A stretch of DNA of 64,000 nt from Candidatus Marinacidobacterales bacterium (GTDB lineage: Bacteria; Acidobacteriota; Vicinamibacteria; Marinacidobacterales; DATDRI01): the NCBI GenBank assembly GCA_965226495.1, contig OZ245365.1, positions 6,048,001 to 6,112,000 on the forward strand. Direction: 5' to 3'. This document shows, one piece after another, positions 21,072-31,551 of this stretch. The position numbers were made by a program, and so were the translations under genes. Position 1 is the stretch's first letter. The number at the start of each line of letters is the position of its first letter. The notes under the pieces are model-generated. The model saw only the letters and a list, made by a program, of their open reading frames with translations, was not told where the DNA came from and did no database searches.

Positions 21072-21084
21072 CTAGGAGATAGAG

Positions 21085-21366
21085 ATGAGCACGGTCGGGA
21101 TTAGAGAGCTGAAGAACCGTCTGACCGAATACCTTCGCCGAACGAAGAAGGGTGAAGAAGTCATCGTCACAGAGCGGGGGAAACCGATTGCGGTCATCCA
21201 ACCGATAGAGTCTGTCCAACAACTCCAAAGTCTGGAAGCGAAGTTAGCGAAGCTGGCAGCATTGGGGATCGTTACGCTTCCTGTCAGGAAGCCACGGAAG
21301 AAAATCCGCCTCGTGACCGCTTCGGGAACACCTGTGTCCGAAACAATTCTTACCGAGCGACGATGA
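21085..21366 (+). CDS. Phd/YefM family antitoxin
   Basis: TVGIRELKNRLTEYLRRTKKGEEVIVTERGKPIA. Confidence 0.9.
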   Translation: MSTVGIRELKNRLTEYLRRTKKGEEVIVTERGKPIAVIQPIESVQQLQSLEAKLAKLAALGIVTLPVRKPRKKIRLVTASGTPVSETILTERR

Positions 21367-21380
21367 TCTACCTCGATTAG
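21363..21380 (+). pseudogene. 5-codon vapC stub MIYLD*
   Basis: ATGA overlap with antitoxin stop; ATG ATC TAC CTC GAT TAG matches the usual PIN toxin start. Confidence 0.65.
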
Positions 21381-21383
21381 CGT

Positions 21384-22478
21384 ATGAAAATAAGGAGCGT
21401 CAAAGCCATTGGACTCGAATGCCCTATCGAGGGCTGGTTTCTCCCTACCCGGACCTATGTGCTGGTCGAGATCACGACCGACGAAGGCATCACCGGCATC
21501 GGTCAGTGCGGGACAGTGGGCCATCCCGAGATCGCGAGAATCATCGACAAGCGGATGGCGCCGCTTCTGGTCGGCGAAGACCCGTTCGACCGGCCTCGCA
21601 TCTGGGCCAAGCTCTGGGACGATCCGAGAGTCGTTCTTTCCTGGGGGCACAAAGGTGCCGAAGCCTACGCGCTGAGCGGTATCGATATCGCGCTCTGGGA
21701 TATCGAAGGGAAAGCCTGTGGCCAGCCGATCCATAAACTGCTCGGCGCTTCCCGCAGCAAGATCCGCGCCTACTCGAGTCACGGCGACCCGGACAAAGTC
21801 GAAGAGTACAAGAGCCGGGGGTTCACCGCCTACAAGTTCGGAGAATGGCATGGCGAGCCCGGCGACTTGAAGCAGATCGATCGCATGGTTGCGAAGCTGA
21901 GGCGGGCCATCGGAGACGAGGCTGCCCTCTTGTTCGACGGTTTCCAACGATACGATCTAGCCAAGGCGGTAAAAGTCGCCAGAGTGTTGGAAGAGTACGA
22001 TGCGTTCTTCTTCGAAGAGCCCGTCCTGTCATACGACTTCGACAGTATGGCGGCGCTCGCAAGTCGGACCACCGTTCCTCTCGCGGCCGGTGAGCATCAG
22101 TTTACGGTTCGCGAGGCTTCCGATCTGATCCTCAAGGCGGGGATTCAGTACGTCCAACCCGAGATCACAAACTGCGGCGGCATCACCGAAGCGATGAAGA
22201 TCGCCGCCGTTGCTGAGTCGCGTGGTGTGAAGCTCTGTCCCCACTGCGGGGACAGCCCGGTGGATGTGGCGTCGATGCTGCAGGTTGTGGGTGCCGCCCC
22301 CAACGCCATCTTCGGCGAATGGCAGGCGGCCCTCGATTACCCCATGCGATGGGAGCTTCTCAAGGAACCCATCAAAGTAACCGCGGATGGTTTCATCGAG
22401 ATACCCACCGGGCCAGGGTTGGGCATCGAGCTCGATCCGAAAGCCGTCGAGAAATACCGCTGGGATTACTGGGCGTAA
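21384..22478 (+). CDS. Mandelate racemase/muconate lactonizing enzyme family protein
   Basis: SGIDIALWDI, FEEP, AAGEH, PTGPGLGIE. Confidence 0.92.
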   Translation: MKIRSVKAIGLECPIEGWFLPTRTYVLVEITTDEGITGIGQCGTVGHPEIARIIDKRMAPLLVGEDPFDRPRIWAKLWDDPRVVLSWGHKGAEAYALSGIDIALWDIEGKACGQPIHKLLGASRSKIRAYSSHGDPDKVEEYKSRGFTAYKFGEWHGEPGDLKQIDRMVAKLRRAIGDEAALLFDGFQRYDLAKAVKVARVLEEYDAFFFEEPVLSYDFDSMAALASRTTVPLAAGEHQFTVREASDLILKAGIQYVQPEITNCGGITEAMKIAAVAESRGVKLCPHCGDSPVDVASMLQVVGAAPNAIFGEWQAALDYPMRWELLKEPIKVTADGFIEIPTGPGLGIELDPKAVEKYRWDYWA

Positions 22479-22534
22479 TCAGTTCGTCGGAACGAGCTGC
22501 TTTATCTTCGAACCAGCTGAGAGATAGCAACTTG

Positions 22535-24372
22535 GGACGTGAGAAAAATTCGGATTGCGGGGAGATGGGGATGGTTGGTCCACAGTTCTGACGATCACGG
22601 CGATCGGGCCGGCATCCCGCGGATTCACGCCGTTATCGGCGCTGGAGTTTCGATGATGCCTTCTGACACGCTGAAACTCGCCCGGCTGCGTGTGCACAAT
22701 CGCCGGTCGGGTGGCGCTCACGCCGGCACGGGCTCCGATACCAAGTTCGGCCTCCATCGGAGGCGAATCCACTGCTGGATATCGTAGGTGAGGGCGGCCC
22801 AGAGAGATTCGGTGCGCACTTTGGCGATTCCGCGCACGCTAAACTGCCGCAGGCCGAACTTGGCTTTGATCCAAAGATTCGGAAACTCGGCCACCTGCGA
22901 GCGTGTCTTATAGATGGCCTTGGCTTCGTCGGTCTGCATCTTCTGCCGGAATGCGGCTATCTCCGGCAAGGGTTCGAGCCTTTCGATCGACCGACCGCTC
23001 GACGCGCGAGGACAGCAGAACTCCTTGACCGAGCACGTGTCGCAATCTTTCGCCGAGGCCTTGTATCGATAGCGCATCATGCCATCGCGTTCGAACTTTG
23101 CGTCGTAGCGTAAACGCTTGCCCTGCGGGCATACGTACGTGTTGCTCGCCTCATCGTGCACAAAGCTCGATGCTTCGAAAGCCGAAATAATGCCGTAGCG
23201 CTGATAGGACTTGCGCCGATTGGCCTCTGCCGACTTGCCCCGGGGCTCAGGGCCGACGAGGTCGATGCCGCGCTTCGCCATCTCCACGATGTTGTGGCTA
23301 CTGATGTAGCCCCCATCTACGACCACCTGATCGGGCGTGCGCTGCAGCGTCTGTTCGATCCGTTCCATCGCCGGCGTCAGCTGCTGATAATCGCTGCCGG
23401 CCTGCGTGGCATCGATGTCGACAATCAAGCCGTGCGCGGCATCCGTTAAGATCTGGACGTTGTAGCTGGGCGCGGAACCGCCCTCGGCTTGCTTCATCAC
23501 CCGCGCGTCGGGGTCGGTCGTGCTCACGCGCTCCATGCGGCTTTTCGCCGCTTTCAGCTTGTCGAATTCCTTCAACGCTGATTCTAGCCGCTGGCGTCTC
23601 TCACGCTTGGCGCGTTGCTGCGCTGCCTGCATCTGCCGGCTCGATTCCTCCTCCGTCTGTGCCTCGAGGGCCTCGACCGCCTCACGCGCCTGCTCCAGAT
23701 ACGCCTCGACTCGAGGCTTACGGCGAAATCTATTCGACGATGCGTTCGCGCGCACCTTCGTCCCATCCTGCATGACCCGCTCGAGTGGGATCAATCCTTC
23801 CGCACTCAGCAGCCCTAACGTTTGCACAAACAACTCGTGCAAGGCGTCCGCATGCGCGACCCGAAAGTCCGACAGCGTGTGCGCACTGATGCCTTCCATC
23901 CCCGTCAGCCATTGATACCCCGGCTCATGCTCGCACAGTCGCTCAATCGCGCGGGCCGAACTCTCTCCCCGGCTGTAGCTGTAGACCCAAAGGCTCACCA
24001 GAAGCTGCGGGTCAAACGCAGGCCGGCCTGCGGCACCGGCGACCGAGCGGACCTGCTCCCTATAGCGACTAAGATCCAGCTGCCCCACGAACTCCCAGAT
24101 CGCACGCGCTGGGTGATCCCTGGGGATCAACCGCTCCACGTCGACCGTCCGCAGCAGCATCTGCGTGCGATCGACCACCTTCAACCGAGCCTCTCCCGCC
24201 CGCTCGCACTCATCGCCGTCACCACCATCGCCAGGCACGGGCAAGCCCGGCAACGACGCTTGCTTATCGCCCACGCTTACCCCACTTCCTCCTACGATTC
24301 GTCACGTATCCCATGACCGCAATCTTGCAACATAGCTGCAACGTGAGTAAAGCCCAATTTTTTCTCACGTCC
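22535..24372 (-). mobile_element. IS1182-family insertion sequence
   Basis: 14-bp terminal inverted repeats GGACGTGAGAAAAA (22535-22548 and 24359-24372) around the transposase. Confidence 0.85.
22718..24274 (-). CDS. IS1182 family transposase
   Basis: GRPAFDP, DGTKVRANAS, STTDPDAR, YNVQ, DGGY, CPQG...C..C. Confidence 0.93.
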   Translation of the reverse strand: MGDKQASLPGLPVPGDGGDGDECERAGEARLKVVDRTQMLLRTVDVERLIPRDHPARAIWEFVGQLDLSRYREQVRSVAGAAGRPAFDPQLLVSLWVYSYSRGESSARAIERLCEHEPGYQWLTGMEGISAHTLSDFRVAHADALHELFVQTLGLLSAEGLIPLERVMQDGTKVRANASSNRFRRKPRVEAYLEQAREAVEALEAQTEEESSRQMQAAQQRAKRERRQRLESALKEFDKLKAAKSRMERVSTTDPDARVMKQAEGGSAPSYNVQILTDAAHGLIVDIDATQAGSDYQQLTPAMERIEQTLQRTPDQVVVDGGYISSHNIVEMAKRGIDLVGPEPRGKSAEANRRKSYQRYGIISAFEASSFVHDEASNTYVCPQGKRLRYDAKFERDGMMRYRYKASAKDCDTCSVKEFCCPRASSGRSIERLEPLPEIAAFRQKMQTDEAKAIYKTRSQVAEFPNLWIKAKFGLRQFSVRGIAKVRTESLWAALTYDIQQWIRLRWRPNLVSEPVPA

Positions 24373-24414
24373 TCGGTCCGGAACGAGTAACGAAAAGTAA
24401 CAACTGTGCCGCGG

Positions 24415-25245
24415 CTATTTCCTTGCACGCGGGTTGAGCGCGTCGTTGAGCCCATCCCCCATAAGATTGATCGCCAGCACCGTCATCAATACTGCGAGCC
24501 CTGGAAAAGCCGCGATCCACCAGCCGCTCCGCAGATAAGCCTGAGCATTCCGAAGCATGTAACCCCAGCTCATGACGTTGGGATCTCCCAACCCTACGAA
24601 GCTCAGTGAGGCCTCGGCGAGTATCGCGTAGCCCACTTGCAGCGCCGCCACCGCCACCACCGGCGGTATGGCGTTGGGTAGTATTTCCTTGAACGCCAGG
24701 CGAAGATTCCCGGCCCCGCCGAGACGGGCAGCATCGACAAACTCCATCTCCTTCCACTTGAAGAACTCGGCGCGGAGTAGTCGCGCGATGGACGGCCAGG
24801 CGAGAAGTCCTATCACGAGGACCAGGTTCCGGATCTCGGCGCCGACGAAGGCCACCACCAGCACGGCTAGGAAAAAAGGGGGGATGGTCATGAAGATATC
24901 TGTGACTCTCATGATGAAACCGTCCACCCGGCCTCCGTAGAATCCTGCGATCGCACCGAGGAAGATGCCAATCGCCGCCGAGGTCAGGGCGGCGAATAGT
25001 CCGACCGCGATCGACGTCCGGGCTCCGTAGAGAATCCCGCTCATCACGTCCCGCCCCATGTTGTCGGTGCCCATGAGGTGCGCACCTTCGGGTGCGAGAA
25101 AGGGCTCGCCGCCGAGCTCGAACGGCTCGAACGGTGCCAGCACCGGCGCCAGAAGGGCGGCAACGATCAGCAGGAAGCCAATCGACAAGCCCGCCACCGC
25201 GGGGCGATTCGATCTGAACTCGCGCCAAGGCGATGTCTCGCTCAT
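24415..25245 (-). CDS. Peptide/nickel ABC permease (DppC/OppC-like)
   Basis: GTDNMGRD, EAA-like EFVDAARLGG, EASLSFVGLG; ATG overlaps upstream stop. Confidence 0.92.
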   Translation of the reverse strand: MSETSPWREFRSNRPAVAGLSIGFLLIVAALLAPVLAPFEPFELGGEPFLAPEGAHLMGTDNMGRDVMSGILYGARTSIAVGLFAALTSAAIGIFLGAIAGFYGGRVDGFIMRVTDIFMTIPPFFLAVLVVAFVGAEIRNLVLVIGLLAWPSIARLLRAEFFKWKEMEFVDAARLGGAGNLRLAFKEILPNAIPPVVAVAALQVGYAILAEASLSFVGLGDPNVMSWGYMLRNAQAYLRSGWWIAAFPGLAVLMTVLAINLMGDGLNDALNPRARK

Positions 25246-26216
25246 GGTGGTGTGATCCTCGGGTCCAGCCGGAAGTAGAGCAGGTCGGTGACGAGGTTGG
25301 TGATGATGACGGTCAGCGAGACGACGAGGAAGATCCCGCTGAGAAGCGCGTAGTCCCGCGACAGAACCGCATCCAACATCAAGCTTCCGATTCCCGGCCA
25401 GGCAAAGACGATCTCGATGAGAGCCGAGGCTGCGAACATGAAACCGATCTGGTGGCCGAAGAGCGTGACGATCGGGATGAGAGCGTTGCGGAGCCCGTGC
25501 CGTATCAGGAGCGCTCCCTCGGCGACCCCCTTGGATCGCGCCGCGGTGATGAAATCCAGGGAGAGCACGTCGATCATGCTGGACCGGGTGAGCCTCGAAA
25601 AAAGGGCCATCTGGTGGAAGCCCAGGGTGAGAGCGGGAAGCAGGAGATGGCTCAGCAGATCCCAAAGGTAGGCGAACCCCGTCGAGTCGGACCCGATGGT
25701 GGTCATACCCGACAGGGGAATCCCGCTTCCGGAAAAGACCAGGATTAGGATCATCCCGGTCCAAAACATGGGCTGCGAGTAGCCCACCAGCGAGATAACC
25801 GAGATCGCATTGTCCAAGGAGGAACGCGCCTTCTTGGCCGCAATGACCCCCAGCGTGATCCCGACAAAGGCGGCGAGAAAGAGCGCAGTGAACGTCAGCA
25901 GCAGCGTATTGGGCAGCCGGTCCAGAATGACGGCTAGGACCGGTTCCTGAAAGAACGTCGAAAACCCGAGATCGCCGACCAGGAGCTTTTTGATATAGAT
26001 GATGTACTGGGTGGCGAGCGGCTGGTCGAGACCGAACTCGGTCCGTATCTCTTGGTAGTACTCCTCGGTGATCGAGGTCCCCCCGATGAAGTAGACCGGA
26101 TCGCCAGGCGCGAGGCGGCAAAGGAGAAAAACCAGCGTCAAGACGACGAGGGTGACCGGAATGATCTGCAGCAGTCGCGCGGCCACGTAGCGGCCGAGTT
26201 TCGATCGAACCGGCAA
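25242..26216 (-). CDS. Peptide/nickel ABC permease (DppB/OppB-like)
   Basis: APGDP, GDLGFS, ARSKG, RHGLRNAL, LDPRI. Confidence 0.93.
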   Translation of the reverse strand: MPVRSKLGRYVAARLLQIIPVTLVVLTLVFLLCRLAPGDPVYFIGGTSITEEYYQEIRTEFGLDQPLATQYIIYIKKLLVGDLGFSTFFQEPVLAVILDRLPNTLLLTFTALFLAAFVGITLGVIAAKKARSSLDNAISVISLVGYSQPMFWTGMILILVFSGSGIPLSGMTTIGSDSTGFAYLWDLLSHLLLPALTLGFHQMALFSRLTRSSMIDVLSLDFITAARSKGVAEGALLIRHGLRNALIPIVTLFGHQIGFMFAASALIEIVFAWPGIGSLMLDAVLSRDYALLSGIFLVVSLTVIITNLVTDLLYFRLDPRITPP

Positions 26217-26250
26217 GGCCCGAGCATCTTACCAAAATTTATGGAATGCT

Positions 26251-27852
26251 ATGGAATCCATGGTTACGCGAATAACGCTTCTCGCTTTCGTCGCGGTGCT
26301 GGTGCCGTCTGGGATGTCGGCCCAGACAGTAGAAGCCGCGCCGGGGCGCGGTGGTGTGCTCAACATCGCTCTCAGCAGCCCCATTCAGTCTCTGACCGCC
26401 GCCACGACGCACCATCCGGATCTGATCGCCGCCGGTCCCATGTACGACGCGCTTCTGACGTACGACCGAAACCTCGAGCCCAAGCCTTGGCTCGCCAAAT
26501 CCTGGACGGTCTCGGAAGACGGGCGCACGTACACCTTTGAGCTGGAGCGAAACGTGACTTGGCACGACGGAGAGGCTTTTACCTCGGCCGATGTGAAGTT
26601 CACCATCGACGAGATCCTTCGCAAGTACCATCCTTCCGGAGCGGTCTTGTGGGCGAACGTCGACGCCATCGAGACTCCGGATCCGAATACCGTCGTCTTC
26701 CAGCTCGCTCGGCCGTCGGCGGTTTTCCTCAAGATCCTCGGACCCTACCACGCCAAGATCATGCCGAAACACATCTACGAGGGTAAGAGTTTCCTGAGGA
26801 ATCCCGCTAACCGTCGACCGGTCGGAACCGGCCCCTTCAAGTTCCGTGAACATCGCCGCGGGAGCTACCTCATCGTCGAGAAGAATCCCGACTACTGGAA
26901 GAAGGGTCTACCTTACTTAGACCGCATCGTTAGCAAGGTGGTTCCCAACGCCGCCGCCCGGATCGCGGCCCTCGAAAACGGTGAAGTCGATCTCATACCC
27001 ATCTACATGCCAGTCCACGAGATCCCGCGCGTCGAGAAGAACCCGAAGTTTGCGGTGACCGCGGGAGGTTATGAGGGAGGCGCCGGGGTCTGCATGCTGA
27101 AGCTCAATTTGCGACGAAAGCCTCTGAGCGACCTCAAGGTCCGCCAGGCTTTGAGCTATGCCCTCGACAAGGACTTGATTCACAAGCTTGCCGGTTACGG
27201 CTACGGACGTCGAACCGACGGATTCTTGCCTCGGGGCGTTGGCGATTGGTACAACGATAGCCAGGCGACCTACGAGCACGACATTGAAAAAGCCAACCAG
27301 CTTCTAGACGAAGCCGGTTCTCCGAGAGGCGCCGGGGGCATGCGCTTCAAGCTCCAGACCGAGCTCCCCGCCGGCCACCTCACCCACATACGAAATTGCG
27401 AGGTCGCGAAAGAGCAGCTCAAGAAGGTCGGCATCGACATGGTACTCAACCTGCGCGACGTCGGGAGTCATCTCGACATCGTTTACAGCAAATGGGATTT
27501 CGACATCGCGGTGGCCGGGCATGGAATTCAGTTTGATCCCGCCCTCGGAGGTGCGCGCTACCTGACCACCGAGCAGGCGGCAAAGGTCCCGTTCACCAAT
27601 GGCGGGGGTTACAGCAACCCACGTGTCGACGAGCTCTTTGCCCAGGTCAGAATTGAGACCGATACGGACACCCGCCGAGAGATGTTCTACGAGATCCAGA
27701 GGATTCTCGCGCAGGATATTCCGGTGATTTGGCTCTACGACTTTCCGAACCCTACGGCGTACAACCGCGATCTCCTCGGCATACCAATGGGCCCTTCGAG
27801 CTGGGGCGAGAATTACGCCACCGTGGGATGGAGAGCGGGCTCGCGGAAGTAG
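26251..27852 (+). CDS. ABC substrate-binding protein, family 5 (DppA-like)
   Basis: LAKSW, WHDGEAFTSADVKFT, PVGTGPF; signal peptide. Confidence 0.93.
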   Translation: MESMVTRITLLAFVAVLVPSGMSAQTVEAAPGRGGVLNIALSSPIQSLTAATTHHPDLIAAGPMYDALLTYDRNLEPKPWLAKSWTVSEDGRTYTFELERNVTWHDGEAFTSADVKFTIDEILRKYHPSGAVLWANVDAIETPDPNTVVFQLARPSAVFLKILGPYHAKIMPKHIYEGKSFLRNPANRRPVGTGPFKFREHRRGSYLIVEKNPDYWKKGLPYLDRIVSKVVPNAAARIAALENGEVDLIPIYMPVHEIPRVEKNPKFAVTAGGYEGGAGVCMLKLNLRRKPLSDLKVRQALSYALDKDLIHKLAGYGYGRRTDGFLPRGVGDWYNDSQATYEHDIEKANQLLDEAGSPRGAGGMRFKLQTELPAGHLTHIRNCEVAKEQLKKVGIDMVLNLRDVGSHLDIVYSKWDFDIAVAGHGIQFDPALGGARYLTTEQAAKVPFTNGGGYSNPRVDELFAQVRIETDTDTRREMFYEIQRILAQDIPVIWLYDFPNPTAYNRDLLGIPMGPSSWGENYATVGWRAGSRK

Positions 27853-27865
27853 CGCGTTGGGCTAG

Positions 27866-28513
27866 TTACTGGAGTGGGGCGCGGATCGCCTTGATGGCGA
27901 GCTTAGCGTCCCCTGCCATGTCGCCGGCCCACTGATCTTCCGCCTTCTTCTCGAGAGCGGGGATGAATACCGAACCCTTCGCTCCCTCCTCACGCATCCC
28001 GTTAATGACTGCCATTTCCAAAGAGTAGAGGACGAACCGGATCGCGTTTTCCTCGGTCGCCGCGAATGCCGCGGCCTGGATCTCTTCGCGCGTGGCGTTT
28101 TCGAATCCGCCGAAGACGAAATCCTTGATCGCAAACTTGTCGTAGTCTGTTAGTACGGTTTGCCCCGACACGAGATTCTTCACTTCGAGGTTGGCGTGTA
28201 CGATACCGGGATCGTAATCCCCGTCGCTCGTTTCTCGCGTTATTTCTCTCTCGAAGGTCAAATCGATCTCGACAACCGGTTTAGCCCCCTCTTTGACCGG
28301 GGAGAGGTAGTCCAGATAGGCCTCCCACAAGTTGGAGCCGTTGATGAACTGGGCGATTTCTTCTCGGTGCTCATACGGCGCGGCGAGTTTGCAACGCGGG
28401 TCGAGCTTCTTACTTGTGCAAGAAAGGGTTGGGAGAAGCCCAACCGTGAAGACCGTTAGAAGGCAGAGAAGCCGTGCTCGGTTAGGCTCGATCGGGCCGA
28501 TCGGGGTGGACAT
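27866..28513 (-). CDS. Hypothetical lipoprotein
   Basis: Hydrophobic stretch ending in lipobox-like TLSC; GGAG RBS before ATG 28513. Confidence 0.65.
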   Translation of the reverse strand: MSTPIGPIEPNRARLLCLLTVFTVGLLPTLSCTSKKLDPRCKLAAPYEHREEIAQFINGSNLWEAYLDYLSPVKEGAKPVVEIDLTFEREITRETSDGDYDPGIVHANLEVKNLVSGQTVLTDYDKFAIKDFVFGGFENATREEIQAAAFAATEENAIRFVLYSLEMAVINGMREEGAKGSVFIPALEKKAEDQWAGDMAGDAKLAIKAIRAPLQ

Positions 28514-28675
28514 CGGCGACCTCCTTGATTGCCGTCGAGCGGAAATAGCTCGGCGGACCGCCAAACGCATTGGTGTCAGATTGGAAATGGGGTTTCTACA
28601 AATAGTCTAACACGGCTCTGTATCGTGCTAAAGCACTAGGCAGGCCAGATGAGAATGTCTGCCTGGGGCGGTCGC

Positions 28676-30163
28676 TCAACCCAAATAGGCTAGATAGAAG
28701 CCGAGGACACCAAAAACAGTCAACGCCAGTCCCGAAATCACAAGGCCAGTCACGAGAAACGGCCCCATACGGAGGCCCTCGGGTAGGTGCAGCCGATTGC
28801 TTCCGAGCATCGCAAAACACCACATCCCGCACGTGAAGGTAGCGGAGATGATCGCAGCGGGGGTGACGACGGCGACGGGATCCAAGTTCCACCACAGAAG
28901 GGCCAATCCGACGACGCCGCAGACGACGCAGGTCCAGAGTCGGAAAACGCGCAGCGGCACGGTCTTCCACTTCGGGACCGCGACGGTGAGACACTCGTAG
29001 ACCGAACGGGAATAAAGCTCGTACCCACCGTACATCGTCCCGAAGAACGCGAAGAAGATCCCGGTCTTGTAGAGGAGTCCGAGAAGCCACTGGACGCCCG
29101 GGTGTTGGCTGTCCTTGACTAGAAACGCCTCCTGCTTCGTTATGAGTGCGCCGGCCTCGGGTACGATCTGGTTCGGATGGAGAATCGCCGCCCCCAGAGT
29201 CGCGAAAAACAGAGTGAAAATAATAATCGCGGCAAACGAAATCCCGACGTCGATCTTAGGCGCTCGCAGCCAAGAACGCCCGAGCGCCAAGTTGTCCCGA
29301 GACTCGTCGATACTACCCTGGAATCGATCGTGCGGAGCGACGGAGCGAGCCAGCAATCCCCAACCTTTCTCGCGCAAGGTGCCGAGGTAGCCGAAATAGT
29401 CCACCGTGCCACCACCGATGACGCCGAGGTAGACGATGACCTCGACCCACGGGTCCCGCGTCGCGAGTGTCGTCTTTTCTATGATCCATGGTTCGTAGTG
29501 GGGAATCGTCGGAATGAAAATGCCTTGGACCAACGCCAGAAGGTCCGGCCTGGATGCGACGACGGCGATGAACATTGAGAAGAGTAGCAATCCGACGACA
29601 AAGGTCTGAACCCTCTCCAGAAATCCATACGTTTGGTACAAAGTGAGGCCGATCGCGACGACGATGTAAAGAGTGCCCCAAATTCGCGCGAACGTATCGA
29701 ACGTCACCTTTGACTCGAATGCGGTCGCGGCGGAAATTGTCGCCGACTCCGGAGTGACGGCAATCCCGAATATCGAGTTCGTGAAATCGCCGAGCATTCT
29801 CGGTAATCCACCGCCGAGGAAGAGTGGCATGCAGATCAAAGTGAGGACGGTCATGACTGGAACGAACCAACCCCGGAGCCCCGGAAGCTGGGCCCAGCTC
29901 TCGAGGGGGTGCCTCCCGGTCAACGTGATAAACCGAGCACCGCTGTAGACCTGGACGAACTTGATGACGGCGCCTAGGACGAAGCACCACATCAGTGTGT
30001 ATCCGAAGATGGCACCGCCACGAGACGCGAAGATCGTTTCACCGTTGCCGATCGTCACCGACGCGATGATGGCGCCAGGTCCGAAAATCTTGAGTGTCCC
30101 GAGGAGGGAGCGATCACGAAGCTCGGTGGTGAGATCGGGGTACTTGGCGGGGGTGGCCGACAT
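28676..30163 (-). CDS. Nramp/MntH-related membrane transporter
   Basis: GPGAIIASVTIGNGE, GYTLMW; about 11-12 TM segments. Confidence 0.8.
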   Translation of the reverse strand: MSATPAKYPDLTTELRDRSLLGTLKIFGPGAIIASVTIGNGETIFASRGGAIFGYTLMWCFVLGAVIKFVQVYSGARFITLTGRHPLESWAQLPGLRGWFVPVMTVLTLICMPLFLGGGLPRMLGDFTNSIFGIAVTPESATISAATAFESKVTFDTFARIWGTLYIVVAIGLTLYQTYGFLERVQTFVVGLLLFSMFIAVVASRPDLLALVQGIFIPTIPHYEPWIIEKTTLATRDPWVEVIVYLGVIGGGTVDYFGYLGTLREKGWGLLARSVAPHDRFQGSIDESRDNLALGRSWLRAPKIDVGISFAAIIIFTLFFATLGAAILHPNQIVPEAGALITKQEAFLVKDSQHPGVQWLLGLLYKTGIFFAFFGTMYGGYELYSRSVYECLTVAVPKWKTVPLRVFRLWTCVVCGVVGLALLWWNLDPVAVVTPAAIISATFTCGMWCFAMLGSNRLHLPEGLRMGPFLVTGLVISGLALTVFGVLGFYLAYLG

Positions 30164-30186
30164 TTGATGGGCCGCGCGATTCAGGC

Positions 30187-31440
30187 CTAGTGGAATCCGC
30201 AGGCGTTGAGCACCGTGAGCGCATAAATCTTGGTTTGCTTCACCAGCTCATCGATCTCCAAGTACTCATTCGGTTTGTGAACCCTTCCAATGGAGCCCGA
30301 TCCATACGTGACGCCAGGAATCCCGCGGGTCAGAAAGGCCTCGAGCTCTCCCGTTCCTCCGATGGAAGAAAAACGGGCGTCGATGTCGATCGATTCCGCA
30401 GCGTTCCGGATCGCGGTTACGATGGGCTCGCCTTCACTAATTTCTATTGGCTGCCTACTGCTCAAGACATTGATGCTCCCGATACGGAAGTCCGGATCGG
30501 CCTCTTTGAGACCTTCGATCATTCTCTCGAGCTCATCCATGAATCTCTGGGTTGTGTAGGGCGCCGACACTCGAATCCCTAGGCCCACTTTGCAGGCTTT
30601 CGGTATGTCTCCGAATCTCTCGGCCAGGCCTTCGATGGCGCAGACGTTCAAGCTTTCTCGCCCCTGCACCGGACCTTCCTTGAGCTCGACTCGGTCCAAG
30701 GCCTCGATGAACTGCATCGCTTTCTTGATGGCATTGAGGCCGTGTCGATTCGCTACGTGACCCACTTCGCCCACGATCTCGAACTCGATTAAAAGCCTTC
30801 CGTTGAACGACCCACAGATGTTCTCGAGCCCGGAGGCCTCACCGTTAATGACTATCTCGGGCAGCGGATAGCCCGCCTCTTCGAAGCCTTGCTCCACGAG
30901 AAAGCTCATTCCTGGCCACTTGAGATGCTCGAGGCGCCCTTCGTCGTCCACCGAGGCAACGAGCATCAAGCTGCCTTTCAACCCGATTCCTAGATCTCGG
31001 ATCGCCTTGGCCACCAAAACTTGAGCCGCCATAGCGCATTTGGCGTCACACGTGCCTCTCCCCAAGACCTTCCCTTGTTCGATTTCGGCGCCGAAGGGGT
31101 CGAACCGCCACACGTTGGGGTCTCCCACACCGACCACATCCATGTGGGTGCCTATCATGAGGACCGGTTTCTTCTCCGTCCCTTCGATGAGCGCCACTAC
31201 GTTGGGTCGCGGATACTCGAGGCCCACCCTTTCGACCTTCTCCTTCGGCGCGGAAACGAGATCGGCGCGTACCCCGAGGGCATGGAATTCTTGCTTCATC
31301 CTCTGAGAAATCGCCGCGTAGTCGCCGTGGGGGAACACGCTGGGAATACGTACGAGCTCGCAGAAGAGGCTGACCAACTCGTCTTTATGCTGGTCTACGT
31401 ATTCGACGACCCTTTTTCGTGTCGCACCGTTTCCAGGCAT
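30187..31440 (-). CDS. M20 ArgE/DapE-like metallohydrolase, paralog a
   Basis: GTHMDVV, GRGTCDAK, VDDEG, HKPNEY. Confidence 0.88.
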   Translation of the reverse strand: MPGNGATRKRVVEYVDQHKDELVSLFCELVRIPSVFPHGDYAAISQRMKQEFHALGVRADLVSAPKEKVERVGLEYPRPNVVALIEGTEKKPVLMIGTHMDVVGVGDPNVWRFDPFGAEIEQGKVLGRGTCDAKCAMAAQVLVAKAIRDLGIGLKGSLMLVASVDDEGRLEHLKWPGMSFLVEQGFEEAGYPLPEIVINGEASGLENICGSFNGRLLIEFEIVGEVGHVANRHGLNAIKKAMQFIEALDRVELKEGPVQGRESLNVCAIEGLAERFGDIPKACKVGLGIRVSAPYTTQRFMDELERMIEGLKEADPDFRIGSINVLSSRQPIEISEGEPIVTAIRNAAESIDIDARFSSIGGTGELEAFLTRGIPGVTYGSGSIGRVHKPNEYLEIDELVKQTKIYALTVLNACGFH

Positions 31441-31551
31441 CTTTTGAACCTCGTGGCATCTTACCAGAACGACTGCGCGACCCGGAAAGCTTGCTTCGAG
31501 TACGGCTCTAGAGTACTTTGCCTGTGATAGAAACTTCTTCCGCCCTAGTGA

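Noticed and set aside
22480-24390. Target-site duplication for IS1182 (CGGAACGAG on both sides)
   Set aside because: The 9-mers do not abut the inverted repeats, and the immediate flanks do not match.
24415-26235. 606-aa ORF as a fused permease
   Set aside because: The first 330 aa are an off-frame shadow of dppB; the real gene starts at ATG 25245.
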